From Methylophaga thiooxydans DMS010 (GTDB taxonomy: Bacteria; Pseudomonadota; Gammaproteobacteria; Nitrosococcales; Methylophagaceae): 32,000 nt of DNA. This document shows, piece after piece, positions 1 to 14,300 of this stretch; position 1 is the stretch's first letter; each line of letters begins with the position of its first letter. The notes beneath the pieces are model-generated. The model was not told the DNA's origin. It ran no database searches and saw only the letters and a program-made list of their open reading frames with translations. A program made the translations under genes and the position numbers. The stretch lies in assembly GCF_000156355.1 (NCBI RefSeq), contig NZ_GG657897.1, forward strand, positions 274,320 through 306,319. The letters run 5' to 3'.

Positions 1-1
1 G

Positions 2-2759
<2,758 letters not shown>

Positions 2760-2782
2760 ACTAAATCGTAAAACCAAACACT

Positions 2783-2833
2783 AAGGCCTGTTCATGCTTG
2801 AATTCTTATTCCTGTATGATCAGGCCTTTTTTG
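2783..2833 (+). terminator. candidate intrinsic terminator after gltBD
   Basis: AAGGCCTG.TCAT ... ATGA.CAGGCCTT inverted repeat with a large loop, followed by TTTTTT (2827-2832). Confidence 0.55.
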
Positions 2834-2873
2834 TATCTGACAATGCCGTAAGGGCATGAAGTAAGGTGAATTT

Positions 2874-3938
2874 GTGACGGAATTAAAAAACGATCGTTAT
2901 CTGAGAGCATTACTGAAACAGCCAGTCGATAAAACACCGGTATGGGTGATGCGTCAGGCAGGTCGTTATTTACCAGAATACCGTGAGGTGCGTGCCAAAG
3001 CGGGTGACTTTATGACCTTATGCAGCACACCGGAACTGGCCTGCGAAGTTACCTTGCAACCACTACGTCGCTATGATTTAGATGCGGCGATTATCTTTTC
3101 AGATATTTTGACTATTCCCGATGCAATGGGTCTAGGCCTTCATTTTGTCACTGGTGAAGGGCCGAAATTTTCCAAAACCATACAAACACCGGCAGATATA
3201 AAAAATCTAACGGTGCCTGATATGGAAGATAGTTTGGGTTATGTGATGGATGCGATCCGTCTGACACGCAGAGAGATCGATGGCAAAGTGCCTTTGATTG
3301 GCTTTAGTGGAAGCCCATGGACACTTGCCTGTTACATGATAGAAGGTGGTTCGAGTAAGGACTTTGCCAAAATCAAAGGCATGATGTTTGATGCGCCTGA
3401 CCAAATGCACGCCTTACTGGATGTGTTGGCTGATTCAGTGATTGCCTATCTCAATGCCCAGATTCAAGCCGGTGCACAAGCCATCATGCTTTTTGATACC
3501 TGGGGTGGTTTATTAAGTCCTGAAAATTACAACGCATTCTCTCTGGCATATATGAAGAAAATCATTTCTGGTTTACAGCGTGAAGCCGATGGGCGAGAAG
3601 TACCTGTCACCTTGTTTACCAAAGGTGGCGGCCAATGGTTGGAAGCTATGGCAGAAACCGGGGTCAATAGTTTAGGGCTGGACTGGACCACAGATATTAC
3701 ACAAGCACGCCAACGTGTCGGCAATAAAGTGACGCTGCAAGGCAATATGGATCCCTGCGTTTTGTATGCATCAGGTGATACGGTTGAACGAGAAGTGATG
3801 AAAATTCTGGCCGGCTTTGGTAAAGGCACAGGTCATGTGTTCAATCTAGGACATGGTATTCATCCAGCAGTGGATCCAGAGAATATGGCAAGACTGGTTG
3901 ATGCTGTTCATACCCACAGCAAGCCTTATCATCAATAG
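2874..3938 (+). CDS. hemE: uroporphyrinogen decarboxylase
   Basis: GTG start preceded by AAGGTGA. The N-terminus [36 protein letters not shown] is nearly the same as the E. coli HemE N-terminus as I recall it. Length 354 aa is typical. Confidence 0.95.
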   Translation: MTELKNDRYLRALLKQPVDKTPVWVMRQAGRYLPEYREVRAKAGDFMTLCSTPELACEVTLQPLRRYDLDAAIIFSDILTIPDAMGLGLHFVTGEGPKFSKTIQTPADIKNLTVPDMEDSLGYVMDAIRLTRREIDGKVPLIGFSGSPWTLACYMIEGGSSKDFAKIKGMMFDAPDQMHALLDVLADSVIAYLNAQIQAGAQAIMLFDTWGGLLSPENYNAFSLAYMKKIISGLQREADGREVPVTLFTKGGGQWLEAMAETGVNSLGLDWTTDITQARQRVGNKVTLQGNMDPCVLYASGDTVEREVMKILAGFGKGTGHVFNLGHGIHPAVDPENMARLVDAVHTHSKPYHQ

Positions 3939-3978
3939 TCGTTTATCTCGCTGATTGCGAGTGTATTTCACGTAGACA

Positions 3979-4017
3979 TAAAAAAAGGGACAGGTCGAAA
4001 CCTGTCCCTCTCTTTTT
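3979..4017. terminator. bidirectional intrinsic terminator between convergent hemE and amtB
   Basis: GGGACAGGT-cgaa-ACCTGTCCC stem-loop (3987-4008), flanked by an A-run (3979-3986) and a T-run (4012-4016). Confidence 0.75.
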
Positions 4018-4037
4018 AGGAGTATGTCTGTTAAGAC

Positions 4038-5276
4038 TTATTTACCGCTGTTAGTGAACTCTGGGTATGCTTCCATACCACATTCCACATAATCAACGCC
4101 TTCATACTCTTCTTCCTCAGTGACACGGATACCCATGACCAGCTTCAGAATGTACCAGACGACAAGACTAGCAACGAACATCCATACGAAGATGGTTGCT
4201 GCACCAGCTAATTGACCGGTAAAGCTTGCGCCATCGTTAGTCAGAGGTACTGCAAACAGACCCCACAGACCAACACTACCATGGACTGAGATAGCACCAA
4301 CGGGATCATCAATTTTCAATTTGTCTAAGAAGACAATTGAGAATACAACGATGACACCACCGATTGCGCCAATGATTGTCGCCATTAATGGTGTTGGAGT
4401 ATCAGGACCAGCAGTAATCGCAACCAGACCAGCTAATGCGCCGTTAAGGATCATTGTCAGGTCCGCTTTACCAAACATGAGTTTGGCAACGATAAGAGCT
4501 GCTAAGACACCACCTGCCGCCGCCGCGTTAGTATTCATAAACACGACTGCTACAGCGTTCGCACTTTCGACAGTTGCTGTCGCGAGTACTGAACCACCGT
4601 TGAAACCGAACCAGCCCATCCACAAGATGAAGGTACCGATTGTAGCTAAAGGCAAGTTACCACCTGGAATTGGGTGAATTTCACCGTTAGGGCCATATTT
4701 GCCTTTACGAGCACCCAGTAACAGAACACCTGCTAATGCTGCAGCAGCACCGGCCATGTGAACGATACCTGAACCAGCAAAGTCAGAGAAACCCAGATCG
4801 CCAAGGTTGTACAAACCAAATACGTCTGCACCACCCCAAGTCCAAGAACCCTCGAGCGGATAGATGAACGCAGTCATAACTACAGCAAATGCTGCAAAAG
4901 ACCACAACTTCATACGTTCAGCAACTGCACCAGACACGATAGACATCGTTGCTGCTACAAACACTGCCTGGAAGAAGAAGTCAGCAGAAGGCGCATAAGT
5001 TGCTGGTTCAGCAGCACCGGTGACACCGTCACCAACAATACCGTCTAGGAAGATACCGCCACCATACATGATGTCATAACCAACAACGAGATAAGCCGTA
5101 CAAGCAATGGCATAAAGCATCACGTTCTTGGTTAAGATTTCAGTTGTGTTTTTTGCACGAACCAGACCAGCCTCAAGCATGGCAAAGCCAGCCGCCATCC
5201 ACATAACAAAGGCACCACTTACTAGGAAGTAAAAGGTATCCAATGCATATTGGAGTTGGAAGATTTCATTTTCCAT
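4038..5276 (-). CDS. amtB: ammonium transporter
   Basis: 412 aa polytopic membrane protein with Amt-family motifs (DFAGSGIVHMAGAAAALAGVLLLGAR; ISVHGSVGLWG). Lies 19 nt downstream of glnK on the same strand. Confidence 0.95.
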   Translation of the reverse strand: MENEIFQLQYALDTFYFLVSGAFVMWMAAGFAMLEAGLVRAKNTTEILTKNVMLYAIACTAYLVVGYDIMYGGGIFLDGIVGDGVTGAAEPATYAPSADFFFQAVFVAATMSIVSGAVAERMKLWSFAAFAVVMTAFIYPLEGSWTWGGADVFGLYNLGDLGFSDFAGSGIVHMAGAAAALAGVLLLGARKGKYGPNGEIHPIPGGNLPLATIGTFILWMGWFGFNGGSVLATATVESANAVAVVFMNTNAAAAGGVLAALIVAKLMFGKADLTMILNGALAGLVAITAGPDTPTPLMATIIGAIGGVIVVFSIVFLDKLKIDDPVGAISVHGSVGLWGLFAVPLTNDGASFTGQLAGAATIFVWMFVASLVVWYILKLVMGIRVTEEEEYEGVDYVECGMEAYPEFTNSGK

Positions 5277-5295
5277 TATTATCTACTCCTCAAGC

Positions 5296-5685
<390 letters not shown>

Positions 5686-5696
5686 TAGTAAGAAGC

Positions 5697-6407
5697 TTAG
5701 AATGATCTCGATACTGAGAACAGGAATGTTTCTTCAGCCAAATCACCGGCCCAATCTTCAGCATCACTGTCAGCATCTTGGTATGACAGATCCAGAGTGA
5801 AACCTGCTACATCCTTAGATACGCCAATCCAGTAGTGACCATAATCGTCTACACCATCGGTGAATGTTGCTTCATCAGCATCATATACACCATAACCACC
5901 GTACAAATTAAGGCCCATTGGCAGATCATAGCTAGCATCTACATAGTAGTAGTAGCCATCTTCATCTGAACCTAAAGTGTCATTTGAGTAAGCGATACCG
6001 GCAGAGAAGATGCTATAGCTCAAAGAGCCGTATACTTCATTGAAGTTATAATCTTCGCCTGGGAACATGTAACGCAGGAAACCAACGTCATAACCGATGC
6101 CTGTGTCACCAAATTCACCGCCATAACCAAGGTAGACGTCAAACTCAGCGCTTGCATCATCTCCGTAATCTACATTAGAACCCCAAGCACCAGCGTAGAA
6201 ACCGCTGCTGTGAGAATAATCTAAGCTACCTGAGATTGCTGGGTCACCGTCAGTTTGTGATACACCACGCCAGATATATTCAGAAGAGAATGCTACGCTC
6301 GCGCTGGTTGAATGTGCGCCGTCTTCACTTTCCCAGGCCATTGCAGATGATGCTGCAAACATTGTTGTAGCTGCAAAGCATAATGCTGAAAGCTTACTTA
6401 ATTTCAT
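5697..6407 (-). CDS. TorF-family putative outer-membrane porin (TIGR02001-like beta-barrel)
   Basis: 236 aa. Signal peptide MKLSKLSALCFAATTMFAASSAMA. The family-typical N-terminal block is SSEYIWRGVSQTDGDPAISGSLDYSHSSGFYAGAWGSNVDY. Gly/Tyr/Asp-rich alternating strands and a C-terminal Phe. From memory, this family is often encoded next to glnK-amtB. Confidence 0.75.
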   Translation of the reverse strand: MKLSKLSALCFAATTMFAASSAMAWESEDGAHSTSASVAFSSEYIWRGVSQTDGDPAISGSLDYSHSSGFYAGAWGSNVDYGDDASAEFDVYLGYGGEFGDTGIGYDVGFLRYMFPGEDYNFNEVYGSLSYSIFSAGIAYSNDTLGSDEDGYYYYVDASYDLPMGLNLYGGYGVYDADEATFTDGVDDYGHYWIGVSKDVAGFTLDLSYQDADSDAEDWAGDLAEETFLFSVSRSF

Positions 6408-6501
6408 GTGTTACTCCTCGGTTTTAAACATTTTGTTGTGTAGTCATTTGAATCTTGCGTTGGTCTTTTGCAACACTTTGTATTCAGACTGCAACAAGTT
6501 G

Positions 6502-6517
6502 AGCAGATACTATGCCA
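6502..6517 (-). promoter_or_regulatory. candidate sigma-54 (-24/-12) promoter for porin-glnK-amtB
   Basis: The minus strand reads TGGCATAGTATCTGCT. GG and GC are spaced exactly as in the consensus TGGCAC-N5-TTGCW. It lies about 95 nt upstream of the porin ATG. Confidence 0.5.
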
Positions 6518-6582
6518 ACTTCACAAAACCCTTTTAAAACAGTGATGTAGGTCATGAGTGCTAACCATGATTGTACACAATA

Positions 6583-6598
6583 GGATCATTTTGGTGCA
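6583..6598. promoter_or_regulatory. candidate NtrC-type enhancer site 1
   Basis: GGATCA-TTT-TGGTGCA. The right half is identical to the NtrC consensus TGCACCA-N3-TGGTGCA with the same spacing; the left half is degenerate. It lies about 70 bp upstream of the sigma-54 element. Confidence 0.35.
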
Positions 6599-6613
6599 GT
6601 AAATTTTCGTGCC

Positions 6614-6629
6614 GGATCAAACTGGTGCG
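6614..6629. promoter_or_regulatory. candidate NtrC-type enhancer site 2
   Basis: GGATCA-AAC-TGGTGCG, a second copy of the same 16-bp motif. It is 31 bp (about 3 helical turns) from site 1. Confidence 0.35.
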
Positions 6630-6703
6630 TATTTGACTAGCCTGTCTTAGATTTGAAAGACTTTCCTTGCTATGATGGCGGCGTCTATTTAAGAGAGTGC
6701 ACC

Positions 6704-7492
6704 ATGACTTACCCACACATTGATCCTGTTGCCTTAAGCCTTGGGCCGTTAGCTATCCATTGGTATGGCCTGATGTATCTTTTAGGTTTTGTTTTTGTGT
6801 GGTTGCTGGGCCGCTATCGGGCCCCACGTTTTGCTTGGCAAACTAATCAGTTAGAAGATTTATTATTTTATGGCGCCATCGGGGTGATTTTAGGTGGTCG
6901 TCTCGGCTATGCCCTTTTTTACGATTTACTTGCCAATCTTGATAACCCGCTTAACTTACTAAAAATCTGGCAGGGCGGGATGTCCTTCCATGGTGGTTTA
7001 TTAGGGGTATTAGTTGCATTTTGGTACTTCGGCCGAAAAACGGGTAAATCCTTTTTTGAAATTAGTGACTTTATTGCGCCGATGGTGCCGATTGGTTTGA
7101 TGCTGGGACGGATCGGTAACTTTATTAACGGTGAGTTATGGGGCCGCGTGAGTGATGTGCCATGGGCGATGGTGTTTCCCGGTGCTGGACCTTTGCCAAG
7201 ACATCCGTCACAACTTTATCAGGCGGCATTAGAAGGGTTATTACTGTTTATTGTTCTTTGGTTATTCTCTGCAAAAGCGCGCCCACGGGCTGCGGTATCA
7301 GGCCTTTTCCTATTAGTTTATGGGCTATTCCGCTTTATCGTTGAATTTGTTCGCATTCCAGATCCGCAGTACGGTTACCTGGCGTTTGACTGGCTGACCA
7401 TGGGTCAGGTGTTGTGTTTACCCATGATCATCGGCGGTTTAGCAATGATGATGTGGGCATACAAACGTGACCGGGTTACAAAAACAGGATAG
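6704..7492 (+). CDS. lgt: prolipoprotein diacylglyceryl transferase
   Basis: I place the start at ATG 6704 ([29 protein letters not shown], matching the usual Lgt N-terminus). Conserved [14 protein letters not shown] motif. The ORF-track start at 6653 would add 17 non-conserved residues. Confidence 0.9.
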   Translation: MTYPHIDPVALSLGPLAIHWYGLMYLLGFVFVWLLGRYRAPRFAWQTNQLEDLLFYGAIGVILGGRLGYALFYDLLANLDNPLNLLKIWQGGMSFHGGLLGVLVAFWYFGRKTGKSFFEISDFIAPMVPIGLMLGRIGNFINGELWGRVSDVPWAMVFPGAGPLPRHPSQLYQAALEGLLLFIVLWLFSAKARPRAAVSGLFLLVYGLFRFIVEFVRIPDPQYGYLAFDWLTMGQVLCLPMIIGGLAMMMWAYKRDRVTKTG

Positions 7493-7832
7493 TCAGCCAG
7501 CTGGCTGTGGCAATTAATATCGTCATTAAAACCGCAAGCGATCCATAATCTTTCGCTCTGCCCGAGAGTTTGTGTTTGTCAAAACTGACCCGGTCGATTG
7601 TGGTTTCAATGGCGGAGTTGAGCACCTCGACGATCATCACTAATACTAATGTGCTGATCATGATTAGGCGCTCGAAGGCTGTGACATCCAGAAACAAACT
7701 GAAAATGGTCAAAGCGACAAAAGCAATAAATTCCTGACGGAATGCTTCTTCATGTTTCAAAGCTGATTTCAAGCCTTGCCAAGAGTAGATTAACGCGTAA
7801 AACAGACGCTTGATACCACGGTTCTTTTCCAT
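7476..7832 (-). CDS. dgkA: diacylglycerol kinase
   Basis: 118 aa, three predicted TM segments. DgkA-like blocks ([19 protein letters not shown]; [14 protein letters not shown]). Its 3' end overlaps the lgt 3' end by 17 nt. Confidence 0.9.
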   Translation of the reverse strand: MEKNRGIKRLFYALIYSWQGLKSALKHEEAFRQEFIAFVALTIFSLFLDVTAFERLIMISTLVLVMIVEVLNSAIETTIDRVSFDKHKLSGRAKDYGSLAVLMTILIATASWLTILFL

Positions 7833-7936
7833 AAATTCCTCAGCGAGTCAGATGCTTAAATGATTGAATAGTAGGCAAACATTGTTAACAGCATGTTAAA
7901 ATTAACGCCTTTTCTTTTTAAGTTTGTTGGTGCGTT

Positions 7937-9820
7937 ATGAGTTACCAGGATCATTATGATGTCATTGTCGTCGGTGGCGGTCATGCCGGAACCGAGGCAG
8001 CGCTTGCTTCTGCACGGCAAGGCGTGAAGACATTGCTATTGACTCAAAATATCGAAACGCTGGGTCAAATGAGTTGCAACCCAGCTATCGGTGGTATTGG
8101 TAAAGGCCATCTGGTGAAGGAAATTGATGCCTTGGGCGGTATTATGGCGCAAGCCGCTGACCGTGGCGGTATCCAATTTCGCACGCTGAACTCAAGTAAA
8201 GGCCCGGCAGTGCGTGCAACGCGTGCTCAAGCCGATCGGGTTCGCTACAAAGCCGCTGTACGTGCTTATTTAGAAAACCAACCCAATTTATACATTTTCC
8301 AGCAAGCCGTTGATGACTTGGTGGTTGAAAATGATCGCGTAGTCGGTGTGGTCACACAGGTCGGTCTGCGTTTTTCAGCGAAATCAGTTGTTTTAACTGT
8401 AGGGACTTTCCTCGGTGGCTTGATTCATATCGGTATGCAAAATCATCAGGGTGGTCGGGCAGGGGATCCTGCATCCATCGCCTTGTCGCAACGCTTACGA
8501 TCGTTGCCCTTCCGTGTTGATCGCCTTAAAACCGGTACGCCCCCCCGAATTGCTACAAGCAGTATCGATTTCTCTGTATTGACAGAGCAACCCGGCGATA
8601 ACCCTACACCCGTGTTTTCATTTTTAGGCAAACAAGCCGATCACCCTCGGCAGATTTCTTGTTACATCACGCACACGAATGAACATACCCATGAGGTGAT
8701 CCGTAATAATCTGGATCGCTCACCGATGTATAGCGGTGAAATTGAAGGTATCGGTCCGCGTTACTGCCCTTCAATTGAAGATAAGGTGGTGCGGTTTGCT
8801 GATAGAACGGCGCATCAGATCTTCCTGGAGCCGGAAGGTTTGGAGCCGGGTGAGGTATACCCAAACGGTATTTCAACCAGTCTGCCATTTGATGTGCAGT
8901 ATGAGATTGTGCGCTCGATGAAAGGCCTGGAAAATGCTCATATCACCCGTCCGGGTTATGCGATTGAATATGACTTCTTTGATCCGAGGGATCTTCAACC
9001 AACCCTTGAAACCAAGCATATGGGTGGTCTGTTCTTTGCTGGCCAAATTAACGGCACAACGGGCTATGAAGAAGCCGGTGCACAAGGATTGATCGCGGGC
9101 CTAAACGCGGGGTTACAAGCGCGTGGTCTGGATGGCTGGTATCCACGACGCGATGAAGCCTACATCGGTGTCTTGATTGATGACTTGATTACTTCGGGTA
9201 CGCGTGAGCCATATCGTATGTTCACCAGCCGCGCAGAGTATCGCTTGATGCTGCGTGAAGACAATGCAGATATTCGCCTGACACCGGTTGGTCGTCAATT
9301 AGGTATTGTCGATGATGAGCGTTGGGCGATTTTCAGTGCGAAGCAAGATGCGGTAGCTAAAGAAAATGCCCGTCTGGAAAGTTTCAAGTTTGTGCCGGAA
9401 AAAATCGATCAAACCACAGCGGAAGCGGTGTTGGGTGAAAAGCTGAATAAAGTCACCAGCGCGATTGAGTTGTTGCGCAGACCAAAAGTTGACTATGCCA
9501 TGTTGCTCGAATTGATGGGCACAGAGCAGGCTGTTGCCGATGATGTGGCTGAACAGGTGGTGATTCAAACCAAATATTCTGGCTATATCAATCGTCAGCA
9601 AAATGAAATTGATCGCCTGCAGCGCAATGAAAATATGTCTTTGCCGACCAATATGGATTATAAAAACGTGCGGGGTTTATCCAACGAAGTGCGTGAAAAG
9701 CTGGAACAGGCACGCCCTGTCAACTTGGGGCAAGCAGCACGGATTTCCGGTGTCACTCCGGCGGCAGTATCATTGTTGCTGGTTCATCTGAAGCGCAGTG
9801 GCCTGAGCGAAGCCAGTTAA
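7937..9820 (+). CDS. mnmG: tRNA uridine 5-carboxymethylaminomethyl modification enzyme MnmG (GidA)
   Basis: 627 aa. N-terminal FAD motif [15 protein letters not shown]. Full-length GidA-like sequence, followed by rsmG with a TAATG overlap. Confidence 0.97.
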   Translation: MSYQDHYDVIVVGGGHAGTEAALASARQGVKTLLLTQNIETLGQMSCNPAIGGIGKGHLVKEIDALGGIMAQAADRGGIQFRTLNSSKGPAVRATRAQADRVRYKAAVRAYLENQPNLYIFQQAVDDLVVENDRVVGVVTQVGLRFSAKSVVLTVGTFLGGLIHIGMQNHQGGRAGDPASIALSQRLRSLPFRVDRLKTGTPPRIATSSIDFSVLTEQPGDNPTPVFSFLGKQADHPRQISCYITHTNEHTHEVIRNNLDRSPMYSGEIEGIGPRYCPSIEDKVVRFADRTAHQIFLEPEGLEPGEVYPNGISTSLPFDVQYEIVRSMKGLENAHITRPGYAIEYDFFDPRDLQPTLETKHMGGLFFAGQINGTTGYEEAGAQGLIAGLNAGLQARGLDGWYPRRDEAYIGVLIDDLITSGTREPYRMFTSRAEYRLMLREDNADIRLTPVGRQLGIVDDERWAIFSAKQDAVAKENARLESFKFVPEKIDQTTAEAVLGEKLNKVTSAIELLRRPKVDYAMLLELMGTEQAVADDVAEQVVIQTKYSGYINRQQNEIDRLQRNENMSLPTNMDYKNVRGLSNEVREKLEQARPVNLGQAARISGVTPAAVSLLLVHLKRSGLSEAS

Positions 9821-10455
9821 TGGCTGACTCTGCTTTACTTACGCAGCTGCAACAAGGCTGCGAGTCGCTTGGTATTGCTCTGGGTCACGATCAACAACAA
9901 CAGCTGTTGCGTTATGTTGCGCTGATGCATAAATGGAATAAGGTGTATAACCTGACTTCCGTTCGTGATCCGGCGCAAATGATGTCACGCCACATTATTG
10001 ATAGTCTATCGGTACTGCCTTATCTGAATGCGCCGAGTTTACTCGATGTCGGCACCGGTGGTGGCTTGCCCGGTATACCAGCAGCGATTGCCTATCCTGA
10101 TAGCGCAGTCACCCTACTTGACAGTAATTCCAAAAAAACCCGATTTCTGCAACAAGTGAAGGCAGAGCTTGGCCTGAGCAACGTTACAGTTGTGCATGGT
10201 CGCGTTGAACAGGTATCTTTATCCAAATTTGCTATTATCACTGCTCGAGCATTTGCCAGCATCGATGACATTATTGAATTGGCTGGTCAGCATTGTGAAC
10301 AGGGCGGACAGCTTGTGTTAATGAAAGGTGTCTATCCAGCAGAAGAGTTAGCGTTTGATTCTTCGGCATTCCACTTGGGCGATGTCGTGACACTCAAGGT
10401 GCCGGACTGCGATGGCGAACGACATTTGGTGAGACTGATCAAGGAAAAAGGCTGA
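9820..10455 (+). CDS. rsmG: 16S rRNA (guanine527-N7)-methyltransferase RsmG (GidB)
   Basis: 211 aa. SAM-binding LLDVGTGGGLPGIP. Conserved position between mnmG and parA. Confidence 0.93.
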   Translation: MADSALLTQLQQGCESLGIALGHDQQQQLLRYVALMHKWNKVYNLTSVRDPAQMMSRHIIDSLSVLPYLNAPSLLDVGTGGGLPGIPAAIAYPDSAVTLLDSNSKKTRFLQQVKAELGLSNVTVVHGRVEQVSLSKFAIITARAFASIDDIIELAGQHCEQGGQLVLMKGVYPAEELAFDSSAFHLGDVVTLKVPDCDGERHLVRLIKEKG

Positions 10456-10457
10456 GG

Positions 10458-11234
10458 ATGGGAAACATATTCGCAGTGACCAACCAGAAAGGTGGCGTTG
10501 GTAAAACCACCACTACGGTAAATTTGGCAGCGTCACTCGCTGAATATGGCAAAAAAGTATTGCTTATCGATCTCGATCCTCAAGGCAATGCCACTACCGG
10601 TTCCGGTCTTGATAAAAACGACCTGAAAAACAGCAGTTACGATGTCATCATGGCGGAAGCCAAAGCGGCTGATTCCATCGTCCGACCCGATGATCTGGGG
10701 TTTGATGTGATGCCAACAAATTCCGACCTGACAGCAGCGGAAGTGGAGTTGTTGGAAACCAAGTTGCGAGAGCACCGATTGCGTCTTGCACTTGAGTCCA
10801 CCCGCGACAAATATGACTTCATTCTAATTGACTGCCCGCCATCGTTAAGTATGCTTACCGTTAATGCCTTGGTTGCATCACAGGGTGTTTTGATTCCTAT
10901 TCAATGTGAATATTATGCCTTGGAAGGCTTATCCTCCCTGCTTCGCACCGTTGAACGGGTTAAGCAAAAAGCCAATCCGACGCTGGATATCACAGGCCTG
11001 CTAAGAACCATGTTTGATGCTCGCAATAATTTGGCTAATCAGGTTTCTCGTCAATTGATCAGCCATTTTGGCGAGAAAGTGTTTCATTCCATCATTCCTC
11101 GGAATGTTCGCTTAGCAGAGGCACCCAGTCACGGACTGCCAGTACTAAATTACGATCGTGGATCACGTGGTTCGATAGCCTACATGGCGCTCGCCAGTGA
11201 GCTTATGCGACGACAGACAAAAACAAACGGCTAA
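10458..11234 (+). CDS. parA: chromosome partitioning ATPase ParA/Soj
   Basis: 258 aa. Deviant Walker A motif NQKGGVGKTTT. Confidence 0.93.
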   Translation: MGNIFAVTNQKGGVGKTTTTVNLAASLAEYGKKVLLIDLDPQGNATTGSGLDKNDLKNSSYDVIMAEAKAADSIVRPDDLGFDVMPTNSDLTAAEVELLETKLREHRLRLALESTRDKYDFILIDCPPSLSMLTVNALVASQGVLIPIQCEYYALEGLSSLLRTVERVKQKANPTLDITGLLRTMFDARNNLANQVSRQLISHFGEKVFHSIIPRNVRLAEAPSHGLPVLNYDRGSRGSIAYMALASELMRRQTKTNG

Positions 11235-11249
11235 TAACAGGGTATTGCC

Positions 11250-12113
11250 ATGGTGAGTAAAAAAAGAGGTTTAGGCAGAGGGCTTGATGCCCTGCTGGCA
11301 GATGTTAATCAGGAAGACAGTAACGTTAATCTGGATGACAGTCTGCAGCATTTTCCTCTGGATATGATTCAACCGGGTAAATATCAACCACGTGTCGATA
11401 TGTCGCAAGAGTCGCTTGAGGAATTGGCGGACTCGATCCGGGCGCAGGGCTTAGTTCAGCCAATTGTGGTGCGTCCGATTGGTGAAGGCAAATACGAAAT
11501 TGTGGCCGGTGAACGTCGCTGGCGTGCTTCACGTATGGCGGGGCTGGAAGTCGTACCGGTGTTAATCCGAGATGTATCGGATCGTAGCGCGATCGCGATG
11601 GCGTTAATCGAAAATATCCAACGCGAAAACCTTAATCCAATGGAAGAAGCCAACGCCTTATTCCGTTTGCGTGAAGAATTTGAAATGACCCATCAGCAAG
11701 CGGCGGAGGCGGTCGGTAAATCACGTGCCGCAGTCACTAACTTACTACGTTTGCGAAACCTTAACGAAGATGTAAAGAAACTGGTCGAGAATTGTGATTT
11801 GGAAATGGGCCATGCCCGTGCCTTGTTAGCACTCGAAGGGGAAGTCCAGACCGAGACGGCGGGTCAGATCGTTGAGAAAGGCCTGTCTGTGCGGGAAACG
11901 GAGCAACTCATCAGACGGGTATTGAACCCGAAGAAAACCCAGCAAAAGCAGTCAGATCGAGACTTTGAAGAAATCAACGATATTGAGCAAAGTATCAAGC
12001 AAAAACTCGACTCGGCATGCAGTATCAAGCATACGGCGAGTGGTAAGGGTAGGCTGGTTATCAACTATCGTAATGTTGATGAATTGAAAAAATTGATTAA
12101 AAGAATAAAGTAA
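11250..12113 (+). CDS. parB: chromosome partitioning protein ParB/Spo0J
   Basis: 287 aa. N-terminal KRGLGRGLDALL and ParB box IVAGERRWRA. Lies downstream of parA. Confidence 0.93.
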   Translation: MVSKKRGLGRGLDALLADVNQEDSNVNLDDSLQHFPLDMIQPGKYQPRVDMSQESLEELADSIRAQGLVQPIVVRPIGEGKYEIVAGERRWRASRMAGLEVVPVLIRDVSDRSAIAMALIENIQRENLNPMEEANALFRLREEFEMTHQQAAEAVGKSRAAVTNLLRLRNLNEDVKKLVENCDLEMGHARALLALEGEVQTETAGQIVEKGLSVRETEQLIRRVLNPKKTQQKQSDRDFEEINDIEQSIKQKLDSACSIKHTASGKGRLVINYRNVDELKKLIKRIK

Positions 12114-12126
12114 GTCGAGAATTTCA

Positions 12127-12156
12127 TTGACCGGCCAACTGCCGAGTCTTTATAAT
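12127..12156 (+). promoter_or_regulatory. candidate sigma-70 promoter of the atp operon
   Basis: TTGACC (12127-12132), an 18-nt spacer, then TATAAT (12151-12156). It lies 44 nt upstream of the atpI ATG. Confidence 0.55.
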
Positions 12157-12199
12157 GCCCTGATTTGCTTAAGGCAAATACTAAATCCTGCGGACAAAA

Positions 12200-13485
<1,286 letters not shown>

Positions 13486-13530
13486 TGTTTGTTGGTTTTT
13501 TACTTTTTTAGTTTTTACATCATTCGTTAG

Positions 13531-13773
<243 letters not shown>

Positions 13774-13818
13774 TCACATTAAACACTTCCGAATCGCGAT
13801 TAATATAGAGGTACAGGC

Positions 13819-14289
13819 ATGAATATCAATGCAACCTTGATAGGCCAAATGATTGCTTTTGCGGTCTTCGTTGCCTTCTGCATGAAATATGTATGGCCAC
13901 CTATCATGCAAGCGCTTGAAGAGCGCAAAAAGAAAATTGCCGATGGTCTGGCTGCTGCTGAACGTGGCAGACACGAGCAAGAATTGGCTGAGAAACGTGC
14001 ACAACAAGTTATCCACGAAGCGAAAGATCAAGCGAATGACATTATTTCGCAAGCGCAAAAACGTGGTAATGAAATTGTGGACGAGTCTAAAGATAATGCC
14101 CGTGTCGAAGGCGAGCGTATCCTGAATTCTGCCAAAGCAGAGATTGATCAGGAAGCGAACCGTGCTCGTGACGAGTTGAAAACACAAGTTGGCGGTATTG
14201 CGCTGGCGGGTGCAGGCAAAATTCTTGGCCGTGAAATTGATGAAAAGGCTCATACCGATTTGCTTGACGAATTGGTTAGTCGAATCTAG
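13819..14289 (+). CDS. atpF: F0F1 ATP synthase subunit b
   Basis: 156 aa. One N-terminal TM segment followed by a long charged helix. Operon position. Confidence 0.95.
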   Translation: MNINATLIGQMIAFAVFVAFCMKYVWPPIMQALEERKKKIADGLAAAERGRHEQELAEKRAQQVIHEAKDQANDIISQAQKRGNEIVDESKDNARVEGERILNSAKAEIDQEANRARDELKTQVGGIALAGAGKILGREIDEKAHTDLLDELVSRI

Positions 14290-14300
14290 AGGAATATAGG

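Noticed and set aside
5700-5800. A separate sigma-54 or sigma-70 promoter for glnK inside the 3' end of the porin gene.
   Set aside because: Scanning the minus strand gave only TGG...GC pairs with the wrong spacing, for example TGGGCCGGTGATTTGGC.
6653-6703. Longer N-termini suggested by the ORF track: lgt at 6653, atpB at 12571, the small membrane protein at 22226 and the SnoaL-like protein at 28474.
   Set aside because: The internal ATGs at 6704, 12583, 22256 and 28348 give N-termini that match family expectations or a proper signal peptide. At 6704, 22256 and 28348 there is also a purine-rich RBS-like stretch upstream. The extensions are non-conserved-looking, use rarer starts or overlap upstream genes.
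7833-7936. oriC in the dgkA-mnmG intergenic region.
   Set aside because: The region is only 104 bp, with no DnaA-box-like 9-mers, no GATC clustering and no AT-rich 13-mer repeats.
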